A stretch of DNA of 64,000 bases from positions 1,287,932-1,351,931 of the forward strand of contig RHPI01002090.1 in NCBI GenBank assembly GCA_009103225.1. Direction: 5' to 3'. A program made the position numbers and the translations under genes. Below the pieces are notes generated by a model. That model worked only from the letters and a program-made list of their open reading frames with translations, made no database searches and was not told where the DNA came from. This document shows positions 50,759 through 64,000 of the stretch, piece by piece. The first letter of the stretch is position 1, and each line of letters begins with the position of its first letter. The stretch is from Chlorokybus atmophyticus. Its lineage: Eukaryota > Plantae > Mesostigma and Chlorokybus algae.

Positions 50759-52436
50759 TCACGGAGGAGTAAACAGTTCCGAGTTGCTGTCAGCAACAAG
50801 CACATATGTCAGGATGCTGGGCATGAGCAGCAACCCGTCAATAACATTTAAGAACAATCCAAGAGGCAATAACATGTACGTCTTTTTCAACACGACAGCC
50901 TAAATGCCATGAAGCGTCAGTAACCATGAAAAACTCAACGTTACAACACGTAGCGACGGAGTGCTTCCTTCGCACAGCTTACTTGGTACGCTAACTGTGA
51001 ACAATCTGTTTATCCAGGGACAACAGGTTGCTTACTAGCATGCTGCCAAATACGTCAACCATGCAAACACCCGATCCCACAGCAGCCAAGCTCGCAGCTA
51101 CTACTTGGATGGCGACGGAGGTTACTAAACGTAGCAACAGCGTTTGAACAGACATACTAGACCACGTAGATACGCACAACCATATCCAGCTGACCAAGCG
51201 CATGAGGCCGGCGTTGATGCCCTAGCACACAGCTCACAGAGGAGGACTCACCTGCAAGAATCTTTCCCGCCCGCCAGCGACCGTTTGTCTAAGACCAGCT
51301 AAAAACAAAATCTCATTCCCAGCAAAGCTCTCTGATTACACACCTAACTACCCTGCTGTCCCTTCCCCGCCGCCACCACCTCCTCCGCCTCGTCCTTGCC
51401 GTCCTCCTCGTGCTCCTCTGTCGTTACAGCACCAACGCCCGCTTGCTGGCAGACCAAAACCGCTGTTCCGGTTGATTCCGCGCATTTCCGCTGCTGGAAT
51501 TGGAATCTCCAGGGGTTAACGGATCCCGGTTATCAAGCGGCGCAGCTAACCGGAGAACCAGCGGAAAGCGGCTAGCATAAACCGGCCCGGTCAACGCGCG
51601 CGGCGGTCACGAACCGCCGATGCTTGCCAGCTGCCCCGAGGCTCCAGCCGAGCCGTGCGATGGCCTGTCGACGAGATGGTTGTGGAACCGTTTTTCCTGC
51701 GGGCCCACGTCAAGCATGTCAGGGAAATCTGCCCTTGATGTAAGCCGTGTGTCAGGTTCTATCCGCCCCTGTTACAACTGGTAACTTACAAGGCCTCCTA
51801 CGTGACCGCCATTGTCATCGCGGACCAACACGGGAGCTTTGAATTGCTGTGGGATTGAAACTTGACACTCCCACATTCATTCTTGATGATTGCTCTAAAT
51901 TTACGTACCCTGGAAAAGGCACCCAAGAAAGGCATTGCATTCCATGATATAACTTGCATTGCTTGTTGCTCATAAGGTATGCATTGCAATAGTGGCTCAT
52001 GATGCTATAATTGTATTTATGCGTTGATTGAAATAAATTTTTCCTAAATTAGGCATAAGTACGTAGCAAGATATGACGATCAAACCGGATTAAATGAAAA
52101 AAGAAAAATCAATGTATGTAGGTCTTTTATCGTATGGTGAATGATGATGCAAAATGCTATGCTTTATGTAGCCATCTAACGCATCAATGCTTAAATGTGT
52201 CATGACTTCATATTTCGTACTTTTGGCGCAACGACAGTATCCAAAATGTACACAATATACACACGTACAGTATAGTCACATGCGAGGGTTGAAATATTCG
52301 AAATTTGTAGCGAGCGATTGTGTACTATTGTTTGGATTTTATGCAATACTCTTATGTAGTATACTTTAAAAAAAAGGCGAAGCAAATAAGTTTTGTGTAA
52401 CGTTATTGCAAAAAAATGCGATATCGAATGAATGTT

Positions 52437-52745
52437 GTGTTGTCAGTCTGACAACAACACATGGGGCCCACAGCCCGTGCCAGTACTGGCACCAACGGTT
52501 TGTGCCTATACTGGCACCTGCCTTTCGCGGCTATACCCGAAGCCCCCCGAAACTGGCACAAAATCGTTTGTGCTAGTGTTGATCCCTAATTTACCAACTA
52601 AGTATCAGCATTTATTCTTAAACAAATTAGTACCATGCTTGGTACATGACTTTTATGCCAGAACTGGCACAACAAGGGTTATGTGACAGTACTGGATTTT
52701 CATGAGCAATAAGGCTGCAACGGTTATGTGCCACTGCTGGCACAA
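52437..52745. repeat. Cluster of short palindromes (GTGCCAGTACTGGCAC family)
   Basis: Perfect 16-bp palindrome at 52477-52492, degenerate copies at ~52502, ~52551, ~52657 and ~52729; TGTTGTCAG-T-CTGACAACA hairpin at ~52437. Confidence 0.65.
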
Positions 52746-52937
52746 TTTAGTTCAAACATGCTCATGTCAATTCTGATTACAATGTCACAGGCTGAGCAAT
52801 GCAGAAAATCATCCTTTTAAAGAAAAACAAGATTTTGCATACTTAATCACACACCACCATTTATATTATACCATGATGTCTAGTCATTTACAACTATCAT
52901 AGTTGCTAGGCTACTTTGATGTGAGTAATTCATAAGT

Positions 52938-52998
52938 GAACAACAACAACTACAACTACAACTACAACTACAACTACAACAACTACTACTACTACTAT
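52938..52998. repeat. (ACAACT)n/(ACT)n microsatellite
   Basis: Direct reading. Confidence 0.9.
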
Positions 52999-54339
52999 CA
53001 AAACCCAAGCTCCAGCTCCAGCGGAGGCTCAGCTCGGTGTCGCGATGGACACCTAGCAGCACCCCATGGTCTGCTGGGTCTGCATTAAGTTTGAGACTAT
53101 GTCTAAGTTCGGGTCTTGTTTGATGGTTCTGCTTGGAAGCTCCGACTACACATGTTGGCCTTGGGGATACAAGGGCAATTGAGCTAAACACGAACAACAC
53201 ATCACAATAAGTTGCAAACACACAAAATACAAGCTATTAACTCGCGCGAACAGGTGCGGCCTCTTGCTTGCATGCAAGTGGCCGATGTCTACATGAGTTG
53301 TAGTACAAGCGCGGAAACAGAGCAAAAGAGATCTTTTTTAGAATGCATGCACAACAACTTAAGACAATTCCCCACCTGCATTCCGCTGCCTTGGCGGTTG
53401 TTGTTTTGATGGCAGCAAGTCTGGATGTGCAGCGCTCAATGCAGTTGGGTAAAGGCTTGCTGACAGTGCCGACTTTGCATCCATCAACATGCTCACTCAA
53501 AACCCCTGAATAAGACAAGAAGTAAAGAATGAAAAAAGAACATACGCACAAATGCGCGCGAACACGCGAACACGCATAGTCACATGTGCACACACATAAA
53601 AGCAAGCCTGCAAGGCATGTAGGCTTCACCTTGCAAGAAGTGAAAGTTGACCGCATTTGATGCTTTTACGAATATCGGTTGTCACCTACACCACTCCTAC
53701 CATGCCACCCGCATTTTCTCTGTAATTAAAATTTCATAAGCAATCGTCTTTTTGCAATTGTTTTCCATCAAGTAAAGTCTGCTTTGATATATGACAAAAA
53801 TATCGCTATTTGGGGTACCACTGTCATGTGCAATAGTTTTTTTTTGCCTGCCTTGCTGGCCTCGTCAAGAAAGATTTTCATGTATTTTATGTCATCAGTT
53901 GACAATTTGTAGGGTTGCAGAGTAGATACGTATAAAAAGGAAGCCATTAGCGCGTATGTGTGCATGCACTACTTGGAGTTGCCATGGTATTTGCCTGTAC
54001 GTAGCCCGATGGTTTGAAACCACTAACTGTTGTATGCATGTGTTGGCCATTGGTATCTAAGCAATGACCCCAAACCCTGGAATTAGTAAATAATAAATTG
54101 TATACAACAAGTTTGCAAATAAATATTTTGTATGTTTAAAGCTATGCAATTAACCTTCAAATTTTATACAGGAATTGATTATCCTTTTGCCTCTGCATAA
54201 TTATATTTCTCGCTTATAAGTTACACAATCTGATCAATCCTATGTATGACATTTCAACACAAATACAATTACAATTGCATTGTACGTAATGAGAGCAAGA
54301 GTTGCATACCACCACATTTGGGGGGGGGGGGGGGGGGGG

Positions 54340-54367
54340 NNNNNNNNNNNNNNNNNNNNNNNNNNNN
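54340..54367. other. Assembly gap (28 N) inside a poly-G run
   Basis: Direct reading. Confidence 1.
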
Positions 54368-55184
54368 GGGGGGGGGGGGGGAGAGGGTAGGGGTAATGGT
54401 GTTCATGGCACAGCACCTCCGGGAGTGTTGCGCTATGAACCCACCATTACTACAGTCGACATCGTAAAGCGCACGGGAGAACGCACCGAGGGCAGGCGCT
54501 CACAGCAGGCGGACGGCTGGGGCGTGCATTGCATGCTGCGTCGGGGCGGCCTGCAGGCGAGGTTGTGCTTGGGCATGAGGACGCCGCTTCTTATGCACGT
54601 CCACCATCTGATACGAAGTAAGCTTTCTCTACACCTTGGCTGGGCCTGGGCTGGCGTGGCCTAACCTGGCCAGGCCACGCCAGGCTTTGTCTTGAAGCAG
54701 CCTGTCGTGCACGGTCTGCGGGGGTACCTCTAAGGCTGCTTGCACATTGGCTGCTGACAACGCATGCATGGTCACCATGTACTTGCAATGCGGCTGTTTG
54801 GCAACCTGCAGGCTTGCCGCATGTGCTCTTGCGGCGTAGGTGCTAGATGCATGCGTGCAGACAGCATAGCTAGGCACGGTGCAGAAATTAAGCCAGCTGC
54901 AGCGACCAAGTGTGCCGATATTTTGTGTTGGCATTTTCTCAACGACTGGTATACAAGACACTATGCTGATAAGTATGGTGGTTGCCAGCTACACTGAGCC
55001 GCTACTACTGGCGATTACGCTTGGTTACAGCGGAAAGAGGATGGGCAACTGGTTGCAAGGCCTGAGGTGAGCACACTCTGCCAGCAGCATTTGTGGCAAT
55101 ATTGGCTTCAACAAGCGACAACTGCACATTGCATGAGGCATAGCTTGTCTTAACAGGGATTGCTCCTTTCCTTTTGCTTTGCAG

Positions 55185-57516
55185 CTGGCAAGCATGCGCA
55201 AACTTGCTGGAAAACAGCTTGTGGCCCGACTCGGTAAAGACGCACGGTGATGATCCCTCTTGCTGGCCGCAAGACGTCCAGCAGATGAAGCAGGATTTCT
55301 TGACTAAGCTGAGCTCCGCTGGTGCAAGTAGTGACAACATCTTCAGCCTTAAACTAAGGTCAGCTCATGCCACTTGGGTGGAACTTGCCACGCAAGCCTC
55401 CACCTGCTTATCGCTTATGCATGCAAAGCGGTTATGCAACTGTCATTGCGAAATAGCATGCGGGCTCAATCCTTGGATGCTGTTCGCAGGTTTGACAAGC
55501 TGGAAGGGCTAAGACTCAAAGGCATGCTGACAGATGCGGAGGTGACGCATGCAAAATATCTGCTGATTCCCAGCACAACAAGCAACGCGAATGGCGTGCC
55601 TCCAGCCAACCGAACAGGACGGATTGCCTCTGCTGAGCTTCCTGTTGTACGAAGTCAGCCGTCTGCTCCCGTCACGCCTGCTGCTGCAGCTGCTATCACT
55701 GTTGCACGAGCACCTCCTGCACGCTCTGCTCCCCCTGCTGCAACGCCACAGACACCACCCATGACCATGCCAAGTAATCGGCGTGCTGCACCGCCATCAG
55801 AGCCACCAGCAAAAAGACCACGAGGACGCCCGCGAAAGCAAAAGCCAGCAGCACCTGCATGCCTCAGGCAAGTTGTCACATGCGTGCAGTGGTTGAGTTC
55901 AGTCAGCTGCTGCACACTCCCAGAAGCAAGCGTGTCATTTTGGCTGCCAACAGCTGTCTGCTGCAGAAGCTTGGACAGCAGCCTGCCAGCACACAGCCAG
56001 GTTGCCGAATGTCAAACAACCCGCACTGTCGCCAGTCAGCCAAGCCATGCTGCAGCCGAACCCCAAGCTGCGCGAACTTCTAACCAGCTGCCGCATTCGC
56101 AAGGCAACGTGCCAGCTTCGCGCCAGCTGCTGGTTACACACATACCTCTCAGGGAGCCGCACTACAGAACCATAAAAGCTGCGCTCAAAGAAGCTCGCGA
56201 CGGCGATACCATTAACGTCGCACCGGGCACATATTGTGAAACCATGCTTGTTGTTCAAGATGCAATCACGTTGCAGTGCCTGCCAGGTGGTAGGGCTATC
56301 GTGAGCTCAATCAAGGCTACAAGTTTGATAATCGCGTCTCCTGATGTCACAATCAAAGGCATGACATTCAAACCAACGCAGCTGAAGGTGAGTTGTGTGA
56401 TGTGTGACTCGAGACGGGTTTCTGCTATGCGGTCCTGAGTGTCGTGCGACTGCAGGGAGATGATGTTGCCGCTGTGATTATCAGAGCAGACCGCACGAAG
56501 CTTGACAATTGCACTGTGTATGCTGCTGCCCGGCATGCATACACAACTGCCAAGGAGCTACCTCCGATTTGCTGCTTGTGCCTTGATGACAACCCCTGCA
56601 AAGATGTGTCCATCCTCAACTGCAAGATTGAGGCAGGACAAGCGTGTATTGGCGTATTATTCAACGCGTTCAGTTCTGGAATCATAAGCAATTCTCAGAT
56701 ACACGGCCAGGACGGCATCATTGGAGTGCAGGTGATTTGACTCTTCATCCATGGCATGATTGTGCGAGCATGCATGCCGTCAACCCATTTGCAAGAGCAA
56801 TCGCCGCTGTTCTTGGAGTTGACATTACAGCTGCCTTCCTGCGCAGTTGTTTGCCAAGACTGAGATCAAGTTGTGCAACAACACGATTTCAAATTTTCAT
56901 GATGATGGCATAACCGCGGTGACAACTGCAAAAGACCTGGTCATTACTTCAAACACAATAAAGCGCTGCAAGTGGGGTATATGTGCTACAGCGGAGCAAC
57001 TTGTAGTCACTCGCAACACAATTACCGCTTGCAACGAAGGTGAGTCGTGTTCATAAAAGTTGGGCCACTGCTAGCACAGTACACAAATTGCAGGATAGCA
57101 ACTGAACTTCACATTGCTGCCCAGGTCTTGTACTGCACAGCCCGAGGCGTAAAAGTCATAGAGTGCTCACTTCTGTTGAGCTGCATGAGCATAGAATTGA
57201 CCGCAACTTGGTGCAACACAGCCGTATGTGCGGCATCAGGGTAACAAGTCCCCTGATACGTGGACAGTTCCTGAACAACACCATTACTGGAAGTGCACAA
57301 GCCGGCCTTTGGTTTACTTTGAATGAAGAGGAAGCCGCCGGGGTCGTCCACGTTCCAGCGACAGTTTGCCTGAGCATCATCGGCAATGCGTTCAACAACA
57401 ATGGCGATGTGGGACTGGTAGTGGACGAACCGTTTCGCGTTGACGCACAGCAATGCCGCCAAGCAAACACGTTCAGCGGAAACAAGCTGGGTAACATATC
57501 CATTGCTGACCAGTAG
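55185..57516 (+). CDS. Multi-exon protein: SHOCT-like motif, P/A-rich linker, AT-hook, right-handed parallel beta-helix (pectin-lyase-like); 5' end unresolved
   Basis: FDKLEGLRLKGMLTDAEVTHAKYLL (SHOCT-like); KRPRGRPRK (AT-hook); YRTIKAALKEARDGDTINVAPGTY followed by repeated I..N.I/C..G strands; TAG at 57516. A further exon is likely at ~54891-55066. Confidence 0.7.
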
Positions 57517-58684
57517 GTTTCTGGCTCGCCAGAGCTCCACGGCCTGCACTTCAGGTATGTGCATCGTACCTACAGCTACATGTGATACATATAAATTATA
57601 GCAATGCTGGGGTCTGGACATACCACATGCTGCGACGCACCTTGTGCAATAAACGGTGCACGAGATGGCACCCTCACAACGTGCCATATCAGGACAAGCA
57701 TACTGCAAGAGGCTTGTGTTGACCCATCCGCAAGACACTAAGCCAAAGATTGTCATCGCACTCCCTGGCAGCATCTCTTACTGCTGCCAGCTGTACAATA
57801 GAAAGATACAGCGCCATGTACATAGGCAAGACTGAGAGTACAGGTGGACACAGTAGTGGTTTGACTGAGACACGTACTGTTGTGAATAACATATGCGACG
57901 CATGAAGTTGTGACATGCATCAGAGTGTGAAACATGCAACAGAAGCAATACACCGTGAGTTACTCACCTGTGTACACATGACTTATTGACTGCATCTATG
58001 CACGGTTTCGAGCACTAGTGAGCTTATGTGAGTAGTGACAGTGTATAAAAGATGGAATGGGGATTGCGTGCATGCAAGGTCAAACATGCCGTGTTTACAT
58101 GCCAACCCAACAGCACCACAGTGTCTACACTCATCAATGATACCACCAAACACAACCATGTATTCTTAGCCCGGTGGCGAATACACGCTACTCTTTGCTG
58201 CTGTGTGACTGTATGCCATGCATGTCTCGTGCTTGTAGCATGCACCTCATTGCATACTTTGTACACAGCTTGCCTCAATTCAAATGCTGTACAGCGCCAT
58301 TGAAGTTGAGAAACCTCATGTAAGCTCTGCAACTGGGCGCTGCAGGTTTGGGCATGTACAGCAGCGCAATGGTGAGTCACATTCACAGCATATCATGTAT
58401 TCTGCACGTCAGTTCAAAGCAGACTGCAAACATACACTCAGTGTCAGAGCAATGCTGATGATTGTGCACCATGAGTGACAGTGAAGGCAGCATTGCCAAC
58501 ATCAAGAATCAGAGCCACCCCTTACATCCAATAGCCCAGCTAGCCAAAATTATTGCATGACTGCACTGCAGCCACGCGTCTTGTGCAAATACACCTACAC
58601 CAAACATTGTGACCCACTTGGACCAATACCATGGCGGAAGCCAGTCCGACCCAACTGCAGACAAACAAGGCATATACCCTTCAC

Positions 58685-61586
<2,902 letters not shown>

Positions 61587-61903
61587 AGCGACGAGCAGCC
61601 CAGACAAACAAGCAGCTGGCTCCCACTCACCGCCTTCTACTCGCCTCCAACACCACCACCGCCGCCGCCTCCACGTGGTCGTCCGGGCCGCGGCTGCGTC
61701 TGGCTTACCGCCTCTAACCCTAAATCCTACCACTAATGAATAACATTGCGCGCTAACGTTACTCGGCGAGCACTCAAATGCCGCCGAGTGCAGAGTCAGC
61801 ATTGCAGCTCACGTTGGTAGGCTGAACTAACATAACGTGCCATGCCAAGCATGTGCTTCCATCAAGTTGCATGCGATGCGCTCAATGCAGTAGTTTAGAG
61901 CCT
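61587..61903. promoter_or_regulatory. Short bidirectional promoter between threonine synthase and adrenodoxin reductase, with a telo-box-like motif
   Basis: Head-to-head ATGs ~317 bp apart, CpG-rich, ctaaccctaa at ~61714. Confidence 0.5.
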
Positions 61904-64000
61904 ATGGCATGGCATGGGCGGGCGGCGGCGCTCGGGGCGTCATGGGGCCCGTTGCTTGGCGGGTGTGCACGAGGAGCAGGCACGAAAGGGTTGCGTCCAT
62001 TGTCGTATCAGCCTGGTTACGGTAGTCTCTTCGCCAGGCACCTGGCAAACGTGCCCGCCTCTGACCAGCCACCGCCCCTGCAGTTTTGCATTGTAGGCAG
62101 TGGCCCAGCAGGCTTCTACACAGCCGAGAGGGTATGCATGCGCGCTTTGTTTATGGTTATTCAATATTTCAGCGCATGTCAGTTTGGTTATCGCAGTGAC
62201 ATGCATTGAAGTTGCATGAAGCTGTTACAGAGAATGATGCATGTAGCCTGCGCTATGCTGTGCATACAATTCGCGTCGATTGTCGCTGTTCTATGACGAT
62301 CTTAGTTGCTACTTGCGGAAACACACAACCTTTGCATGTGCATGGGCACGTCAACTCAACAGCTCCTGTGCCTGATCATCTGCCTTTGCGCCTAGGCAGT
62401 TGTTCAAAGCGTTTGAAGGATGCCGAGTGGACATGATAGAAAGGCTGCCTGCGCCATTTGGGCTGGTTCGGTCCGGCGTTGCGCCAGATCATCCCGAAAC
62501 CAAGGTGCAGGTCGTGCACCGACCATGGCTGCAAGTTTGTACCTTGTTTCATGTTGCCAGCGAGCATGTCGCTTGACTCAAGTAGGGCAGTAGCTGTGCC
62601 AGTGCTTGACTCAAGTCATCAAAAATGATTGTGCTGTTACCTATGAGGCTGAAGTTAGAAAGGTGCAGGCATGCATCAACCAGTTTACGCGTATCGCTCA
62701 ACGGGACAATTTCAGCTATTTTGGTAATGTGGAGGTTGGACGAGATATCACCATCCAGGAGTTGCAGAATATATATCACACGGTGGGTCATGGTGTATGC
62801 TAAGCACATAACAATATGTTTTTGCAATGCCATGCAAGTAGACTCTACCAACGCGCACATCTGTATGAGCTACTTTCACACCGTTTGCAGCCCCGCTCAC
62901 AGTTTGGAGCTGCAGGTGGTTCTTGCTGCTGGCGCTGGTGCCGATCGCCAGCTTGGGGTACCAAATGAGGTAACAGCACCATGTGCACACAGGTCTTCTG
63001 GGTGCGACACATGCAAAGCAGCCAGTACTGACCTGCCTACCTTTGGATGCAGAGTGCTGTGGGTGTGTTCTCAGCTCGGGAGTTTGTTTGGTGGTACAAT
63101 ACGCATCCCGGGCACACTTCTCTGCCTGTCAGTCTGGCTGATGTTGAGGAAGTCGCCATCCTTGGACAGGTACAGTGGTGTTTGGTACTGGACCTGGCCA
63201 GGTACAGTGGTGTTGGTTGTGCTGGATGTTGGTAATTGTGACACTGGCCAAGCTTGCACCACTGGACAGCTAACTCGTTCTTAGGGCAATGTTGCAGTGG
63301 ACTGCGCGCGCATCCTGCTTCGGAACCCCGATGAGCTTCGCAACACAGACATAGCGGATTACGCACTGGAAGAGCTGCGTCGAAGTTCTGTCAAGTAAGC
63401 ATGCACGAGTCATGATCCCGCTAGAGGAGCAACAAGGATAATCAATTTGCCCAAGGTCTCTTCAGGCGTGTGCACTTAATTGGGCGCCGTGGTCCGGTGC
63501 AAGCAGCATTTACAACTGCGGAGTTACGCGAGCTTCTAGGTATCAAAGTCTCACGGGTCCACAAATAGTATTGCAACAACGCAGTCAGTGCTGTTGATGG
63601 CAAATTACAACACTTCATGTGTACTCTTGACACTCACGTAGTTGCTTGATTGGTTGTGGTAATGACAGGTATACAAGGTATTCAAGTGGTTCTGCAAGAA
63701 AGTGACATGGCCATCAGCCCTGCTGACCAGGTATGCAATGTCATCTGCAAATGGCCGCGAGCATTTACCAGCTTAGATCAAGCCGCCTGAGCCATCTACC
63801 ATTCCCTCAACTTGTGGCTGCTGTTGCATGCTTCACCATTGCACTCCAGCTGGCTTGCACACCACTTGACTTTCAGTTGTTGCATGCGACAGGCAGAAAT
63901 GAAGGCTAGCCGATTACATCGACGACGGTTTGAGCTGCTCAGTAAAACTGCAAAGACGCAGCCTGCTTTGGAGGCAGAGCGAGACTTGTTCATCAGGTTT
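61904..64000 (+). CDS. FDXR: Mitochondrial NADPH:adrenodoxin (ferredoxin) oxidoreductase, 5' part; runs off the window
   Basis: CIVGSGPAGFYTA, ERLPAPFGLVRSGVAPDHPETK, YFGNVEVGRD, VFSAREFVWWYN, VAILGQGNVAVDCARIL, VHLIGRRGPVQAAFTTAELRE; GT-AG introns in phase. Confidence 0.95.

Noticed and set aside
53768-53965. Protein-like 65-aa minus-strand ORF in an AT-rich tract
   Set aside because: No recognisable motif or supporting exon structure; too short to call.

Overview
Intron-rich eukaryotic nuclear DNA, most likely from a green-lineage alga. This is inferred from a plant-type plastid threonine synthase, an ALY-type LIN9, a CASTOR/POLLUX-family channel and a PDF1-like domain; the species cannot be determined. 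The window has three zones. (1) 61-23278 is one giant (~23.2 kb, including a 623-N gap) CACTA/EnSpm-like DNA transposon. It is defined by CACCGGTAGAA terminal inverted repeats and a 3-bp GAA target-site duplication, and an uninterrupted 'empty-site' copy of its target repeat lies at ~30559-31485. Besides decayed TnpA-like and TnpD-like (DUF4218/DUF4216) genes it carries unusual cargo: a prokaryote/phage-type C5 cytosine methyltransferase, an OTU protease-CCCH-gag-like chimera, a PHD-Ulp1 SUMO-protease gene, an apparently intact secreted NIDO-domain gene, an orphan 125-aa gene and several satellites. (2) ~23.3-36.4 kb is a graveyard of decayed repeats and pseudogenes. (3) 36.7-64 kb is a gene-dense host block: LIN9/ALY, a CASTOR/POLLUX-like channel, a coiled-coil EF-hand protein, dephospho-CoA kinase, a SHOCT/AT-hook/beta-helix protein, threonine synthase and the 5' part of adrenodoxin reductase. 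All domain calls come from motif recognition by eye, not from database searches, and the exon models are manual.
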